Assembly (NCBI GenBank): GCA_043424675.1
Contig: JBHWPB010000075.1
Coordinates: 1,130 to 65,129, forward strand
Direction: 5' to 3'
Source of the DNA: Carnobacteriaceae bacterium
GTDB lineage: Bacteria; Bacillota; Bacilli; Lactobacillales; Carnobacteriaceae_A
DNA: 64,000 nucleotides
Below are positions 1 through 10,985 of the stretch, one piece after another (position 1 is the stretch's first letter; every line of letters begins with the position of its first letter). The notes under the pieces were generated by a model, which saw only the letters and a program-made list of their open reading frames with translations, was not told the DNA's origin and searched no databases. The position numbers and the translations under genes are program-made.

Positions 1-114
1 TTCAGTGTGTTTGATGGGGATCAAGCCCATGTTGTCGATGAAAAAATCAATGTCGAAGACTACTTGAACTCTATCGATACCTATAAACAAACCGCTTTAA
101 ATTACCTCACATAA
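1..114 (+). CDS. 3' end of an unidentified CDS (last 37 codons, ...ALNYLT*); the 5' part lies outside the window
   Basis: Frame 1 is open from the window edge to TAA at 112-114 and is followed by a hairpin terminator. Too short to assign a product. Confidence 0.35.
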   Translation, partial: FSVFDGDQAHVVDEKINVEDYLNSIDTYKQTALNYLT

Positions 115-156
115 GTTTGAATTTTTCTATAGTTCAAAGAAAATCAATTTGACTAA

Positions 157-198
157 AAAATCCTACATCCCATTTGAAAAAATGAGTTGTAGGATTTT
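157..198. terminator. Hairpin between convergent genes (bidirectional-looking terminator)
   Basis: AAAATCCTACA (157-167) pairs with TGTAGGATTTT (188-198). A/T runs sit on both sides, and the loop is long (about 20 nt). Confidence 0.45.
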
Positions 199-223
199 GC
201 TTTCACTGTAGATATTTTTGAGA

Positions 224-1507
224 TTAAGACTGTGCTTTACGGTTACTCTGCCACATACTATAGGACCTTTTGAAAGAATCCCAGATGCTCTGATCGGAGT
301 AGGTAAGAATATTCGAACGATAAAATTGAACCGTGATGAAAGTAGCGAAAATTAAGGTTATTATTAAGATGCCGATAGATAACCAAATGCTCCCTGTCGT
401 GATCGTATTAGAGGCTACTCTCAAGGGAATAAGGAAAGGGGAAAAGAAAGGAAAATAACTTAAGATATCGAGCGCAGGCACAGGGTTGATGGAATAGAAA
501 ATTCCCATATAAAAACCAGCTACCCCAAGCAAGATTACAGGTGTCACGGCCTTTGCGGCATCTTCTGTCCGGGATACGAGCGAGCCAAAGAAAGCGGCGA
601 GCATGACATACAACATAATTCCCAAGACAAAAAAGAGAACAGAGTAGCCTGTCAAGCTTCCTAATAACTCGCCCAAATCAAACTGAGCTGTAAAATCTCG
701 GAAAAATTCTCTCTCCCGAATCGCAAAGTAAGCTGCCAGCCCAATCAAGCCATAAACAAAGAGCTGTACGAAAATCATAGCCAAAACGCCTAGTATCTTG
801 CCCCAAAAATGGGCAGAAACTGAGGCACTGGAGAGGATAACCTCCATGATACGAGAACCCTTTTCTGCTGCTAGTTCTGTCGCAATAATATTGGCATAGT
901 AGTTGACCAAGAAGAACATGAGAACAATCAGGACATTGGCCGCCGAATAAGCGAGTTCCTGTCCGTGTTCACTGCTTTCATCCAAACTTTGATCCTCACC
1001 GATCGTTACAGCATGGGTTTCAAAGTTTGCAGGCTCTATCAAGCTGGCCAACTCCTCTGAACTCAATCCGCTCTCTGTGGCTCGCAGCTGCATCTGCAAG
1101 TTATCTAAAAAGGACTGGATCATGGCAAAACTTTCTGCGCCTGATAAAAGAGAAGAAGTGTGTGTATAATCGGCTTGAATGGTTCCAGTTTCGTCAAGGC
1201 TCACTTCTAAATAGCCTTCAATTTCCTCTTCAGCTAAAGCAGTACGCGCCTCTTTTTCCGTCTCAATCTCACTTGCTATTTGAAATGAATCCTCAGTTTC
1301 TGCCGCTTCAAAAATTCCAACTACATCCCTGTCTTCGGACAAGATTGCAATCTGATCTGAACTTGTATCAGCTGCTCCCTGTGCCAGCCAGACAACTAAG
1401 GCAACAAAAGCTAGAAAAAGAAGCGGACTCAACAAGACAATCCAAAACCCTGTAGTTTTAACGTTTTTAGAAAAGACATTCTTAAAAATCACCCAAAATT
1501 TATTCAT
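224..1507 (-). CDS. ABC-2 type (NatB/YhaP-like) transporter permease
   Basis: 427-aa ORF with one N-terminal TM helix, a large acidic extracytoplasmic segment and a C-terminal bundle of about 5-6 TM helices. Its ATG overlaps the stop of the upstream ATPase gene (ATGAATAA). Confidence 0.75.
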   Translation of the reverse strand: MNKFWVIFKNVFSKNVKTTGFWIVLLSPLLFLAFVALVVWLAQGAADTSSDQIAILSEDRDVVGIFEAAETEDSFQIASEIETEKEARTALAEEEIEGYLEVSLDETGTIQADYTHTSSLLSGAESFAMIQSFLDNLQMQLRATESGLSSEELASLIEPANFETHAVTIGEDQSLDESSEHGQELAYSAANVLIVLMFFLVNYYANIIATELAAEKGSRIMEVILSSASVSAHFWGKILGVLAMIFVQLFVYGLIGLAAYFAIREREFFRDFTAQFDLGELLGSLTGYSVLFFVLGIMLYVMLAAFFGSLVSRTEDAAKAVTPVILLGVAGFYMGIFYSINPVPALDILSYFPFFSPFLIPLRVASNTITTGSIWLSIGILIITLIFATFITVQFYRSNILTYSDQSIWDSFKRSYSMWQSNRKAQS

Positions 1508-2399
1508 CTTTTTCGCCTGCTTTCATTTTGAATATTTCGTCCAAGGTCGGCGGCTGATGACTGAAGGTCTGGATGTATTCGCCCTGGGTCACACGGTCAA
1601 AAATAAGTTTGCCATAATCTGAGTTTTCTAAAATAAGTTTGTAAATGCCATCTTTATCTTTTGAAACATCGAGCACCCCTAGATAAGTTCTAAGCTCTTC
1701 TTCACTTTTTTCTGTCTCTAAAAAAACACGTGTCCGGCCAAAACTGTTGCGAATTTCTCGAACGCCTCCACGCAAGACTTGTCTCCCCTCTCTCAACATA
1801 ATGAGGTGGTCACAGACATCTTCTACATTCCTCATATTGTGACTGGAGAAAATAATGCTTGCGCCACGCTCGCGAGCTTCTAAAATTCCATCTAACAATA
1901 AATCCGCATTGATAGGATCCAGACCGCTGAAAGGTTCGTCTAGTATAATCAAGTCTGGTTCATGTATCAGGGTTGTGATGAGCTGGACTTTCTGCTGATT
2001 TCCCTTCGAAAGCGTTCGTACCTCATCTTTTTTATTTCCAACCACCTTAAAGCGCTCCATCCAGTCATCTATCTTTGCTTTGACCTCGGCCGCCTTCATG
2101 CCGCGCAGTTCCGCAAAGTAAACAATCTGTTCTTCTATCGAGACGCGTGGATACATACCTCTCTCTTCAGGAAGATAACCAATTTCATTCAATACCTCCC
2201 CTGAAATAACCTGCCCCTTCCAAGTTGTGCTCCCCGTATCAACAGCCATTAAGTTCAGTATCATACGAAAGGTTGTCGTTTTTCCGGAACCATTGGGCCC
2301 AATCAAGCCCATAATTTCTCCTGGCAGAATCGTGAAATCAAGCCCGTCCACCGCTACATTGTCTCCGAATGTCTTTCTTAAGTTTTTTACCTCAAGCAT
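1500..2399 (-). CDS. ABC transporter ATP-binding protein (partner of the ABC-2 permease)
   Basis: Walker A GPNGSGKTT, signature LSKGNQQK, Walker B LIILDEPFSGLD. The ORF track starts at TTG 2414; the ATG at 2399 (MLEVKNL...) is more likely. Confidence 0.9.
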   Translation of the reverse strand: MLEVKNLRKTFGDNVAVDGLDFTILPGEIMGLIGPNGSGKTTTFRMILNLMAVDTGSTTWKGQVISGEVLNEIGYLPEERGMYPRVSIEEQIVYFAELRGMKAAEVKAKIDDWMERFKVVGNKKDEVRTLSKGNQQKVQLITTLIHEPDLIILDEPFSGLDPINADLLLDGILEARERGASIIFSSHNMRNVEDVCDHLIMLREGRQVLRGGVREIRNSFGRTRVFLETEKSEEELRTYLGVLDVSKDKDGIYKLILENSDYGKLIFDRVTQGEYIQTFSHQPPTLDEIFKMKAGEKDE

Positions 2400-2446
2400 C
2401 TTTCTCAACCCCAACTTTGTATGTTTTTATTTCTTACTTATCTGAA

Positions 2447-2926
2447 TCACTCAGCTTTTTTCTTATTTCTTAAATCAACAAAGAAGTCTTTCAATATCTG
2501 GCTGCACTCCGCTTCAAGAACGGATCCTTCTACTTCACATTGATGGTTGAAACGATTTTCTTCAAGAAGGTTCATTAAACTTCCTGCTGTTCCACTTTTC
2601 ATATCATAAGCTCCGAAGTAAACCTTCTTCATACGTGAGAGCACCAGCGCTCCGCTGCACATGGCACAGGGTTCCAGGGTCACGTAAAGTTCACATTCCT
2701 CTAAGCGCCAGTTGCCTAACTTTCTGTTAGCTTCTTCGATAGCAAATATTTCTGCGTGTGCTGTTGCTTGCTGATTTAATTCACGTTTATTGTGACCTCG
2801 TCCGATAATTTCACCGTCTCGAACCACTACTGCTCCAATAGGAACTTCTGCAATATCGCGTGCTTTTTCTGCCTCTTTCAAAGCTTCTTTCATATATCTT
2901 TCTTTTTTATCTGAAGTTTGTATCAT
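2447..2926 (-). CDS. tadA: tRNA-specific adenosine deaminase
   Basis: 159 aa with cytidine/deoxycytidylate deaminase zinc motifs HAE (TAHAEIFAI) and PCAMC. Confidence 0.9.
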   Translation of the reverse strand: MIQTSDKKERYMKEALKEAEKARDIAEVPIGAVVVRDGEIIGRGHNKRELNQQATAHAEIFAIEEANRKLGNWRLEECELYVTLEPCAMCSGALVLSRMKKVYFGAYDMKSGTAGSLMNLLEENRFNHQCEVEGSVLEAECSQILKDFFVDLRNKKKAE

Positions 2927-3047
2927 TTTATCACCTGCCAGACACAGTATAGCAAAGATAAACCAAAATATGAGTTGGAATTATCTTAAGCACGAAAAGG
3001 TTATCGAGAGCCATATGAATGCTGATTGAAATTGATAGTTTTTTCCA

Positions 3048-3078
3048 TAAAAAAAGAGTGAAGCAAAAGCTTCACCCT
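3048..3078 (-). terminator. Rho-independent terminator downstream of the small membrane-protein gene
   Basis: On the minus strand, GGGTGAAGC-TTTT-GCTTCACTC is followed by TTTTTTT. It lies about 20 nt after the second in-frame stop at 3098-3100. Confidence 0.6.
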
Positions 3079-3184
3079 TTAGATATTGCTGTTTTAATTA
3101 TGTTCCAAAAAGATCCTTGAGCATCCTTTTCGACATTTTCTCACCAAGAGATTCAAGCGTATCACTTTTTGTCGCAGCTTCTTT

Positions 3185-3532
3185 TTAGCCTAACATCTTT
3201 TTTGTTTTGTCTGTCAATTGATCCTTGAAATCACTTGCTGCTTCAAGGTATTTATTGTCAGAACCTCCACTTGATAATTTATTTCTCATGTTATTGAAGC
3301 GGTCAACGGTCTCTAAAATATCGTTAATGCCTTCGTCATCTAAACGATCTATGGCTTCTAATGCTTTTTCATTACCATTCAGATGCTCTTTAACAAAGTG
3401 TTTAGCGCGCATACGATTGTACATTGCCTCTACTTTTTCTTGAACCATATCATTAGAGAGGACGTATGCCACTGCACCAATGCCTGCAGCAATACCGAAC
3501 CCCATGAGTATTTTCTTCATTCTGTCATCCAT
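3185..3532 (-). CDS. Small membrane-anchored protein of unknown function (one N-terminal TM helix, helical charged tail; YtxH-like in character)
   Basis: The ORF track starts at TTG 3565. The ATG at 3532 (MDDRMKKILMGFGIAAGIGAVAYV...) sits 10 nt after AAGGAGAG. The TAA at 3185-3187 is followed in frame by 28 more sense codons (see findings). Confidence 0.55.
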   Translation of the reverse strand: MDDRMKKILMGFGIAAGIGAVAYVLSNDMVQEKVEAMYNRMRAKHFVKEHLNGNEKALEAIDRLDDEGINDILETVDRFNNMRNKLSSGGSDNKYLEAASDFKDQLTDKTKKMLG

Positions 3533-3643
3533 TATACCATCTCTCCTTTCTTTAACTATCTTCAACTACCTTCAGTATATCAAACAACCTAGACCTGGGT
3601 AAATGGAAAGCAGTTGCATTTACAGTTATATATGAGGACTTTC

Positions 3644-6133
3644 TTAATGAACACTTTCAGGAGATTTTTCTTCTTCTTTATCTTTCGTGCTTTCTCTAAA
3701 GCGCAGGACAATATCGCCTTTAGAAGCTCCAATTGTGATATTGTCTCCTTCAGAAATCTCGCCTGAGATTAAAGCTTCGCTTAGACGATCTTCAATCAAT
3801 TTTTGAATTGAACGCCTTAATGGACGTGCACCGTACTCGGGATCATAACCATCTTCTGCAATGATATCCAAGGCAGCTGTTGTAATCCTAGCATCGATAT
3901 CCTTCTCAGCTAAACGATTGATAATATCTTGAACCATGAGAGTGGTGATCTCACGTAAGTGTTCCTTCCCTAGACTGTGGAAAACAATAGCTTCATCCAT
4001 ACGGTTTAAGAACTCGGGGCGGAAATAATTCTTCAACTCTTCACGAATACGTGTCTCCATGGCATCATGGTCATACTTATCTTCTACAGCTTCGAATCCA
4101 ACTATTTTCTCATCGCGTAAAGCAGTAGCACCGAGGTTGGAAGTCATGATCATAATTGTATTCTTGAAGTTCACTTCACGACCTTTACTGTCTGTAAGGA
4201 TTCCATCATCCATCACCTGTAAGAGAATGTTGAAGACATCAGGGTGAGCTTTTTCTAGCTCATCGAATAAAATAACAGAATAAGGCTGACGGCGGACTTG
4301 TTCTGTTAATTCTCCACCTTCATCGTACCCTACATACCCTGGAGGTGAACCAACCAGACGTGAGGTACTGAATTTTTCCATGTACTCTGACATATCTACG
4401 CGAATCATATTATTTTCTGAACCGAATAAGACTTCAGAAAGAGCTTTGGCGAGCTCTGTCTTTCCGACTCCTGTTGGACCGAGGAACATAAAAGTACCAA
4501 TCGGCCTCTTCGGATCTTGCAGACCGCTGCGTGATCTTCTGATCGCCTTAGACACAGCTTTGACTGCTTCAGATTGTCCAATCACACGTTCGTGCAATTC
4601 TTCTTCTAAATGAAGGAGTTTGTCACTTTCTTCTTCATTCATCCGTCTGACTGGAATATTCGTCCAGTTGGATAAGACCTCTGCTATATCTTCTTCTGTC
4701 ATAGTCAGGTACTCTTCCTGAGACTGGTCTTGTTTGTCTTTCTCTTTCTGCAATTCTCTTTCTTTTTCACGAATTTGAGCGGCTTCTTCAAAGTTTTGAT
4801 TTTGAATAGCTGCAATTTTTTCTTCGTTAAGCTCTTTCAATTCATCTACAGATTCTTCGTCTGGAGAGTTCTCCTCAGCGTAATCAATCCGAACTTTAGA
4901 TGCCGTTTCGTCCATCAAATCGATCGCTTTGTCTGGCAGCATGCGGTCTGTGAGATAGCGTTTCGATAAAGAGACAGCTGCTTCAATAGCAGAGTCTGGA
5001 ATCCAAACTTTATGGTGGTCTTCGTATTCTTCTCGCAGACCTTTCAAGATTTCTATAGAAACTTCAGCCGAAGGTTCAGCGACTTGAACTTTCGCAAAGC
5101 GACGTTCTAAAGCTGCATCCCGTTCGATATACTTTTGGTATTCATCGTAAGTTGTCGCACCAATCGTCTGAAGTTCGCCGCGAGCAAGAGCAGGTTTAAT
5201 AATGTTAGAAGCATCGATAGATCCTTCTGCTCCCCCTGCCCCGATAATAGTATGGAGTTCATCGATAAAGAGGATAACTTCTCCATCTTCGTAAACTTCA
5301 TCCACTATTGTTTTCATACGTTCTTCGAATTCCCCGCGGTATTTTGTCCCAGCTACGAGGGATCCCATATCGAGATTCATCATTCTTTTGTTCTTCAATG
5401 TGTCTGGCACTGCTCCTGCCACAATCTGCTGTGCGAGTCCTTCTGCGATGGCTGTTTTTCCTACTCCTGGCTCTCCAACGAGCACCGGGTTGTTTTTCGT
5501 ACGGCGGTTTAAGATTTGAATCATGCGTTTGACTTCTTTATCTCGTCCGACTACAGGATCCAGCTCCTTATTACGAGCCGCTTCTGTCATATCCCGTGCT
5601 ACAGAATCTAAGGTTGGCGTCTTGCTGTTCGATTGTGGTTGCTGCATACCCTGTCCTCTCTGGCGGCGATTATTTTTCTTATCATTTCGCTTCATGCCTG
5701 CTTTACTCAAGACAAGTTGACGTGCTTTATTTAAGTCAATACCTAGAGTTTCTAGAATTTTTGCTGAGAGGATATCTTTGTCTCGCAATAATCCGAGTAA
5801 CAGATGCTCTGTACCTACAAGAGGTGCCTGCGCGCGACGCGCTTCATCCGTCGCATAAGTTATCACTTTTTTAGCTCGCGGAGAATAGGATAAAATCGCT
5901 TCTTCCATATTGTTTTGAGAAGGTCCGTACCCTGTAAAATGTTCAATTTCTTCTCGAACATCTTCTTCTTTTAAGGACAAGTCTCTGAGAACTTTACCTG
6001 CGATACTTTCTTTTTCCATAACCAGCCCTAATAAAATATGCTCGGTTCCAATCGTTTTGTGACGGAACTTACGGGCTTCGTTTTCTGCTAATTTCAAGGC
6101 GTATTTTGCTTTTTCTGTAAACAATTCGTTCAT
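3644..6133 (-). CDS. clpC: ATP-dependent Clp protease ATP-binding subunit ClpC
   Basis: 829 aa with N-terminal Clp repeat domain and two AAA+ modules (Walker A GEPGVGKT and GPTGVGKT). Lies directly downstream of ctsR. Confidence 0.95.
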   Translation of the reverse strand: MNELFTEKAKYALKLAENEARKFRHKTIGTEHILLGLVMEKESIAGKVLRDLSLKEEDVREEIEHFTGYGPSQNNMEEAILSYSPRAKKVITYATDEARRAQAPLVGTEHLLLGLLRDKDILSAKILETLGIDLNKARQLVLSKAGMKRNDKKNNRRQRGQGMQQPQSNSKTPTLDSVARDMTEAARNKELDPVVGRDKEVKRMIQILNRRTKNNPVLVGEPGVGKTAIAEGLAQQIVAGAVPDTLKNKRMMNLDMGSLVAGTKYRGEFEERMKTIVDEVYEDGEVILFIDELHTIIGAGGAEGSIDASNIIKPALARGELQTIGATTYDEYQKYIERDAALERRFAKVQVAEPSAEVSIEILKGLREEYEDHHKVWIPDSAIEAAVSLSKRYLTDRMLPDKAIDLMDETASKVRIDYAEENSPDEESVDELKELNEEKIAAIQNQNFEEAAQIREKERELQKEKDKQDQSQEEYLTMTEEDIAEVLSNWTNIPVRRMNEEESDKLLHLEEELHERVIGQSEAVKAVSKAIRRSRSGLQDPKRPIGTFMFLGPTGVGKTELAKALSEVLFGSENNMIRVDMSEYMEKFSTSRLVGSPPGYVGYDEGGELTEQVRRQPYSVILFDELEKAHPDVFNILLQVMDDGILTDSKGREVNFKNTIMIMTSNLGATALRDEKIVGFEAVEDKYDHDAMETRIREELKNYFRPEFLNRMDEAIVFHSLGKEHLREITTLMVQDIINRLAEKDIDARITTAALDIIAEDGYDPEYGARPLRRSIQKLIEDRLSEALISGEISEGDNITIGASKGDIVLRFRESTKDKEEEKSPESVH

Positions 6134-6155
6134 TCTGTCGCCTCCGCTTTCTTCA

Positions 6156-6620
6156 TTAATCCTTATATTTATATGTCATCAAAAAATTGCTAAGCAATCG
6201 AGCTCTGATTCTATTTTCCAGTAAGCCTGCTCCATTATAGTTAGATTTATCCATTGCAACATGCATGAGTTTGGCCTCGCCTTTTTTGATGACTTCTGCT
6301 GCGTACAAGCTCTCTATAATTGCTTTTCCTTCACGTTCTGTCAGCTCTGTTCCAATGGCATTTATCATTGTATCTAATTTTTGAGTATCATCCAATAAAT
6401 CAACTTCTTTAATCCGGATATAACCTCCGCCGCCCCGCTTACTTTCGACAAGATAACCTTGTTTAATCGTAAAACGGGTATCGATAACATAATTGATCTG
6501 TGAAGGAACACAATCAAATAATTCTGCTATTTCGTTTCGTCTGATTTCAATTTCATTCTTTTCTTCAAGCACTCTTTTGAGATATTCTTCTATAATACTT
6601 GACAAACTTTTTCTGCTCAT
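6156..6620 (-). CDS. ctsR: Class III stress-gene transcriptional repressor CtsR
   Basis: 154 aa, with the family glycine-rich loop KRGGGGYIRI, in the position upstream of clpC. A CtsR-type operator lies in its own promoter. Confidence 0.9.
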   Translation of the reverse strand: MSRKSLSSIIEEYLKRVLEEKNEIEIRRNEIAELFDCVPSQINYVIDTRFTIKQGYLVESKRGGGGYIRIKEVDLLDDTQKLDTMINAIGTELTEREGKAIIESLYAAEVIKKGEAKLMHVAMDKSNYNGAGLLENRIRARLLSNFLMTYKYKD

Positions 6621-6678
6621 TTTGTTTAAACCAATAATAATTGGTTCATTGCGCTCCTCCCTCTTGATGAAATATTAG

Positions 6679-6695
6679 CCTGACTTTCTTTGACT
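6679..6695 (-). promoter_or_regulatory. CtsR operator (direct heptad repeat) overlapping the ctsR-clpC promoter
   Basis: The minus strand reads AGTCAAA-GAA-AGTCAGG, against the consensus (A/G)GTCAAA-NAN-(A/G)GTCAAA. It lies immediately downstream of a TATAAT hexamer. Confidence 0.65.
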
Positions 6696-6776
6696 AAGTC
6701 TTATTATAAAGCTTATCTATCGAAAATGGAAGTTATAGAACTCTCCTGTTTCTAATGCTTGAGAAACCAATTTAAC

Positions 6777-6812
6777 AAAAACGGCCTTAACAAAATTGTT
6801 AAGGCCGTTTTA
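6777..6812. terminator. Terminator hairpin after the tRNA gene
   Basis: ACGGCCTTAAC (6781-6791) pairs with GTTAAGGCCGT (6798-6808), flanked by an A run and a T run. Confidence 0.7.
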
Positions 6813-6819
6813 TTGTTAA

Positions 6820-6893
6820 CGCATCCTAGAGGACTCGAACCCCCAACACCCTGATCCGAAGTCAGGTGCTCTATCCAATTGAGCTAAGGATGC
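6820..6893 (-). tRNA. tRNA-Arg, anticodon UCG as read (no encoded CCA)
   Basis: Manual cloverleaf on the minus strand: acceptor GCATCCT/AGGATGC, D arm GCTC-AATTGGATA-GAGC, anticodon arm CCTGA-CTTCGGA-TCAGG (anticodon TCG), T arm GGGGG-TTCGAGT-CCTCT, discriminator G. The 5' half resembles E. coli tRNA-Arg. Confidence 0.85.
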
Positions 6894-6915
6894 CTCATGA
6901 ACTTCTTTATTATAT

Positions 6916-6944
6916 CACCTTGGAAGACCTTCTGCAAATATAAG
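6916..6944 (-). promoter_or_regulatory. Sigma-A type promoter for the tRNA gene
   Basis: On the minus strand: TTGCAG, a 17-nt spacer, then TATAAT with a TG at the extended -10 position (gTGaTATAAT). The -10 hexamer lies 22 nt upstream of the tRNA 5' end. Confidence 0.6.
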
Positions 6945-6970
6945 TGCTGTAAATAATAGGGAGCTCAGAC

Positions 6971-7020
6971 AAAAAAAGACCCTGACAGAGCAGCTTACCA
7001 GCTGCTCTACAGGAGTCTTT
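6971..7020. terminator. Terminator hairpin downstream of the dehydrogenase gene
   Basis: Core stem AGAGCAGC/GCTGCTCT with an extended imperfect stem, flanked by AAAAAAA and TTTT. Confidence 0.65.
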
Positions 7021-7048
7021 TAACTATTTATATTCAAACTTTTATCTG

Positions 7049-8023
7049 TTACTTTTCATCGTTTACAACGTAATCTAACTCTTCGCCTTGGATCACTTTA
7101 ATCGCTTGTCCCACAGCCGTTTGTGCCATTTCTAAACGAGCTTCGACTGTGTCGTTACCAATGTGAGGGGTGAGTAAAACATTTTCCATTTTTGCCAGTC
7201 GTTCGTTAACTTCTGGTTCATGTTCATGAACGTCTAAAGCTGCCCCTGCAAGTTCTCCTGCTTCAAGTGCATCAGCAAGTGCTTCTTCGTCAACCATGCC
7301 TCCACGCGCTGCGTTGATGAAGTAGGCATCTTTTTTCATCTTAGCCAATTCTTCTTTCGCAATCATGTGGTAGTTTTCTGGAGCATAATAAGCCATTAAA
7401 ATGACATAGTCTGATCTTTCTAAGAGTTCATCTTGAGGTACTCTTGTCGCTCCTACACGCTCATCGTAGTCCCCTTCAAGTGGGCTTCTTTTTGAATAGA
7501 GGATTTCCATATCTAATGAGCTTGCAATCTCACCAATAATTTGTCCAATTTTCCCCATTCCAATGACACCCAATGTTTTTCCATAAACTTGGTTACCACC
7601 CGTGTAACCCGTTACTTGCCAACCAGGATATTCGTTATTCTCCATCATCTTGTGGTTTGGAACATAACGTCTTGATAAAGCAATCATAAGTCCTACTGCA
7701 TGTTCAGCTGTCGAAGCTAGTGAGTCTCTTCCGGGTGTATTTGTAACAGGAATACCGTGCTCTGCTGCAGTTTCAATAGCGATATTATTATATCCTGCAC
7801 CTACGTTTGTGATTGCTTTTAAATGAGTATTGTCATTGATGATTTTTTCTGACACAGGAACATTCACGGCACTGATTAATACATCAGCATCGTGTGCTTT
7901 CTCATTAATTTCGTCTTCAGATGGAGTGTCCATCTTGTCGAACATTTCTAATTCGATACCTGCGTCTTCCAACATTTGTACTGCTTTTTCTGGTAGTTTT
8001 GCTGCACTGTATACTTTTGCCAT
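7049..8023 (-). CDS. D-isomer-specific 2-hydroxyacid dehydrogenase family protein (glyoxylate/hydroxypyruvate reductase-like)
   Basis: 324 aa with NAD-binding GVIGMGKIGQ and the catalytic-domain pattern NAARG...TPHIG typical of the family. Substrate cannot be called. Confidence 0.8.
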   Translation of the reverse strand: MAKVYSAAKLPEKAVQMLEDAGIELEMFDKMDTPSEDEINEKAHDADVLISAVNVPVSEKIINDNTHLKAITNVGAGYNNIAIETAAEHGIPVTNTPGRDSLASTAEHAVGLMIALSRRYVPNHKMMENNEYPGWQVTGYTGGNQVYGKTLGVIGMGKIGQIIGEIASSLDMEILYSKRSPLEGDYDERVGATRVPQDELLERSDYVILMAYYAPENYHMIAKEELAKMKKDAYFINAARGGMVDEEALADALEAGELAGAALDVHEHEPEVNERLAKMENVLLTPHIGNDTVEARLEMAQTAVGQAIKVIQGEELDYVVNDEK

Positions 8024-8365
8024 CTCTTATTCATGCCCCCATTAGTCTATTTCTATTCTTCTACTTTAACTTATACCTATAATACACAGCAGAGTAAGAG
8101 GAGAGAACAAGCTTATCCGCTTCTTATAAGTCGATCACTCTTTCCTTATATTCTGCGAAGCCTTAGAAAAATGTATGAATATCATTTTTTTCAATCCCTT
8201 GGCCAACTTCATTCCCCTATCTTCTCTGCTTATAACCGCTTACAGTTTATCATTAATTTTTCAATTTGTCTATTTCAATGGATATGAATTATCCGTATAG
8301 AGTAATCATACAATGTCTGGTCCAGGCGCAAAACCATCCACCTTAAAAAACTATGTTTAAGTCCA

Positions 8366-8397
8366 TAAAAAAGAGGACACAGATCATCTGCGTCCTC
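8366..8397 (-). terminator. Rho-independent terminator of the DUF368 gene
   Basis: On the minus strand, GAGGACGCAGATGATCTGTGTCCTC is followed by TTTTTT. Confidence 0.7.
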
Positions 8398-8455
8398 TCA
8401 ATCAGATAGTATTCATCCCTCAAATTCTCATTCAACATAACCTCTGATACACATT

Positions 8456-9289
8456 CTATTTGTACTGTTCTTCTAGATTCGACATCCAGCTGCCGAGTAC
8501 AATCCCAAGTACCAGCATAACAACACACCAGATGTACTCGCTCAAGCCGAAACCGGTATAATCTATTGGGATAATCATAATTGTAGAAGCCAAGACAATT
8601 CCGAAGATAAAGTGAAAGAACTGACTGTAAAAACGGTCAAAAATTTTCTCGATCACTTTCGCAAGGGAGAAAACAGTGATAACTGCTCCAATTCCTAATG
8701 GTACAAGAACAGATAAGTCAAAATTCTTAAATCCTTCTGCCATCGCTCCATAGAGTCCCATGTAAACAATGAAGTTAGATGGGCTGAGTCCTGGAATAAG
8801 CGCTCCTAAAGCGATAAAAACTCCGCAAAGCAGGAAAGCCCACCAGCTCGGTTCAACCTGTCCTCCGAATAAGACGTTTCCAAAGCCTAATAAGATAATA
8901 CCAAACACAAAGGAACCGAGCATTATTCCAATATCCTGTTTGTCGCGACCTTCTTCACCTGCGTCTCTCCATAAAGAAGGCAACATTCCGACGATTGCAC
9001 CAACGAAAAACCACAACACAATAGTGGCGTAGTTTTCCAGAGCGAAGCTCACAACGAAAGAAAGGAGAAATACACCGAAGAATCCTCCTAGACCTACCGG
9101 TAAGAAAAACTTAAAATTCTCTTTGAATTTGTGGGTGATATTAGCTAAAAAGTGTATGAGAGGCTCATAGAGGCCAAATATAGCTGCTAGGGCGCCTCCA
9201 CTCACTCCCGGAATAATAAAGCCAGATCCTACAAACATTCCCTTTACAAAACGAAATAACCAACTTTGATTTGTGTTCTCTTCTGCCAC
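8456..9289 (-). CDS. DUF368-family polytopic membrane protein (PopT-like putative polyprenyl-phosphate transporter)
   Basis: 277 aa with about 8 TM helices and the N-terminal motif GxGFIIPGVSGGALAAIFGLYE characteristic of DUF368. Confidence 0.7.
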   Translation of the reverse strand: MAEENTNQSWLFRFVKGMFVGSGFIIPGVSGGALAAIFGLYEPLIHFLANITHKFKENFKFFLPVGLGGFFGVFLLSFVVSFALENYATIVLWFFVGAIVGMLPSLWRDAGEEGRDKQDIGIMLGSFVFGIILLGFGNVLFGGQVEPSWWAFLLCGVFIALGALIPGLSPSNFIVYMGLYGAMAEGFKNFDLSVLVPLGIGAVITVFSLAKVIEKIFDRFYSQFFHFIFGIVLASTIMIIPIDYTGFGLSEYIWCVVMLVLGIVLGSWMSNLEEQYK

Positions 9290-9358
9290 TTACAAAATCC
9301 TTCCATTCGACACCCTTCTGTTTCTCAATAAAAATACACAGAATATGGTGTACAAGTA

Positions 9359-10930
<1,572 letters not shown>

Positions 10931-10985
10931 CTATTACCTTAACATATTATAATCTTTCAAAAAAATTTAACAAGACTGAGTCTAC

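Noticed and set aside
1027-1455. 142-aa + strand ORF inside the ABC-2 permease gene. The same kind of ORF occurs at 5135-5512, 29154-29558, 37623-38057 and 52576-53010.
   Set aside because: All of these lie antisense within well-supported genes. They have no RBS and show low-complexity or odd composition. They are typical shadow ORFs.
8024-8455. Unusually long (about 430 bp) spacer between the DUF368 gene and the dehydrogenase gene, considered as a riboswitch, sRNA or pseudogene
   Set aside because: Apart from the DUF368 terminator (8366-8397) I could not recognise any riboswitch consensus, conserved structure or decayed ORF by eye. Only tiny ORFs (up to 25 codons) without convincing RBS are present. 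An Rfam scan is still worthwhile, but I cannot support a call.
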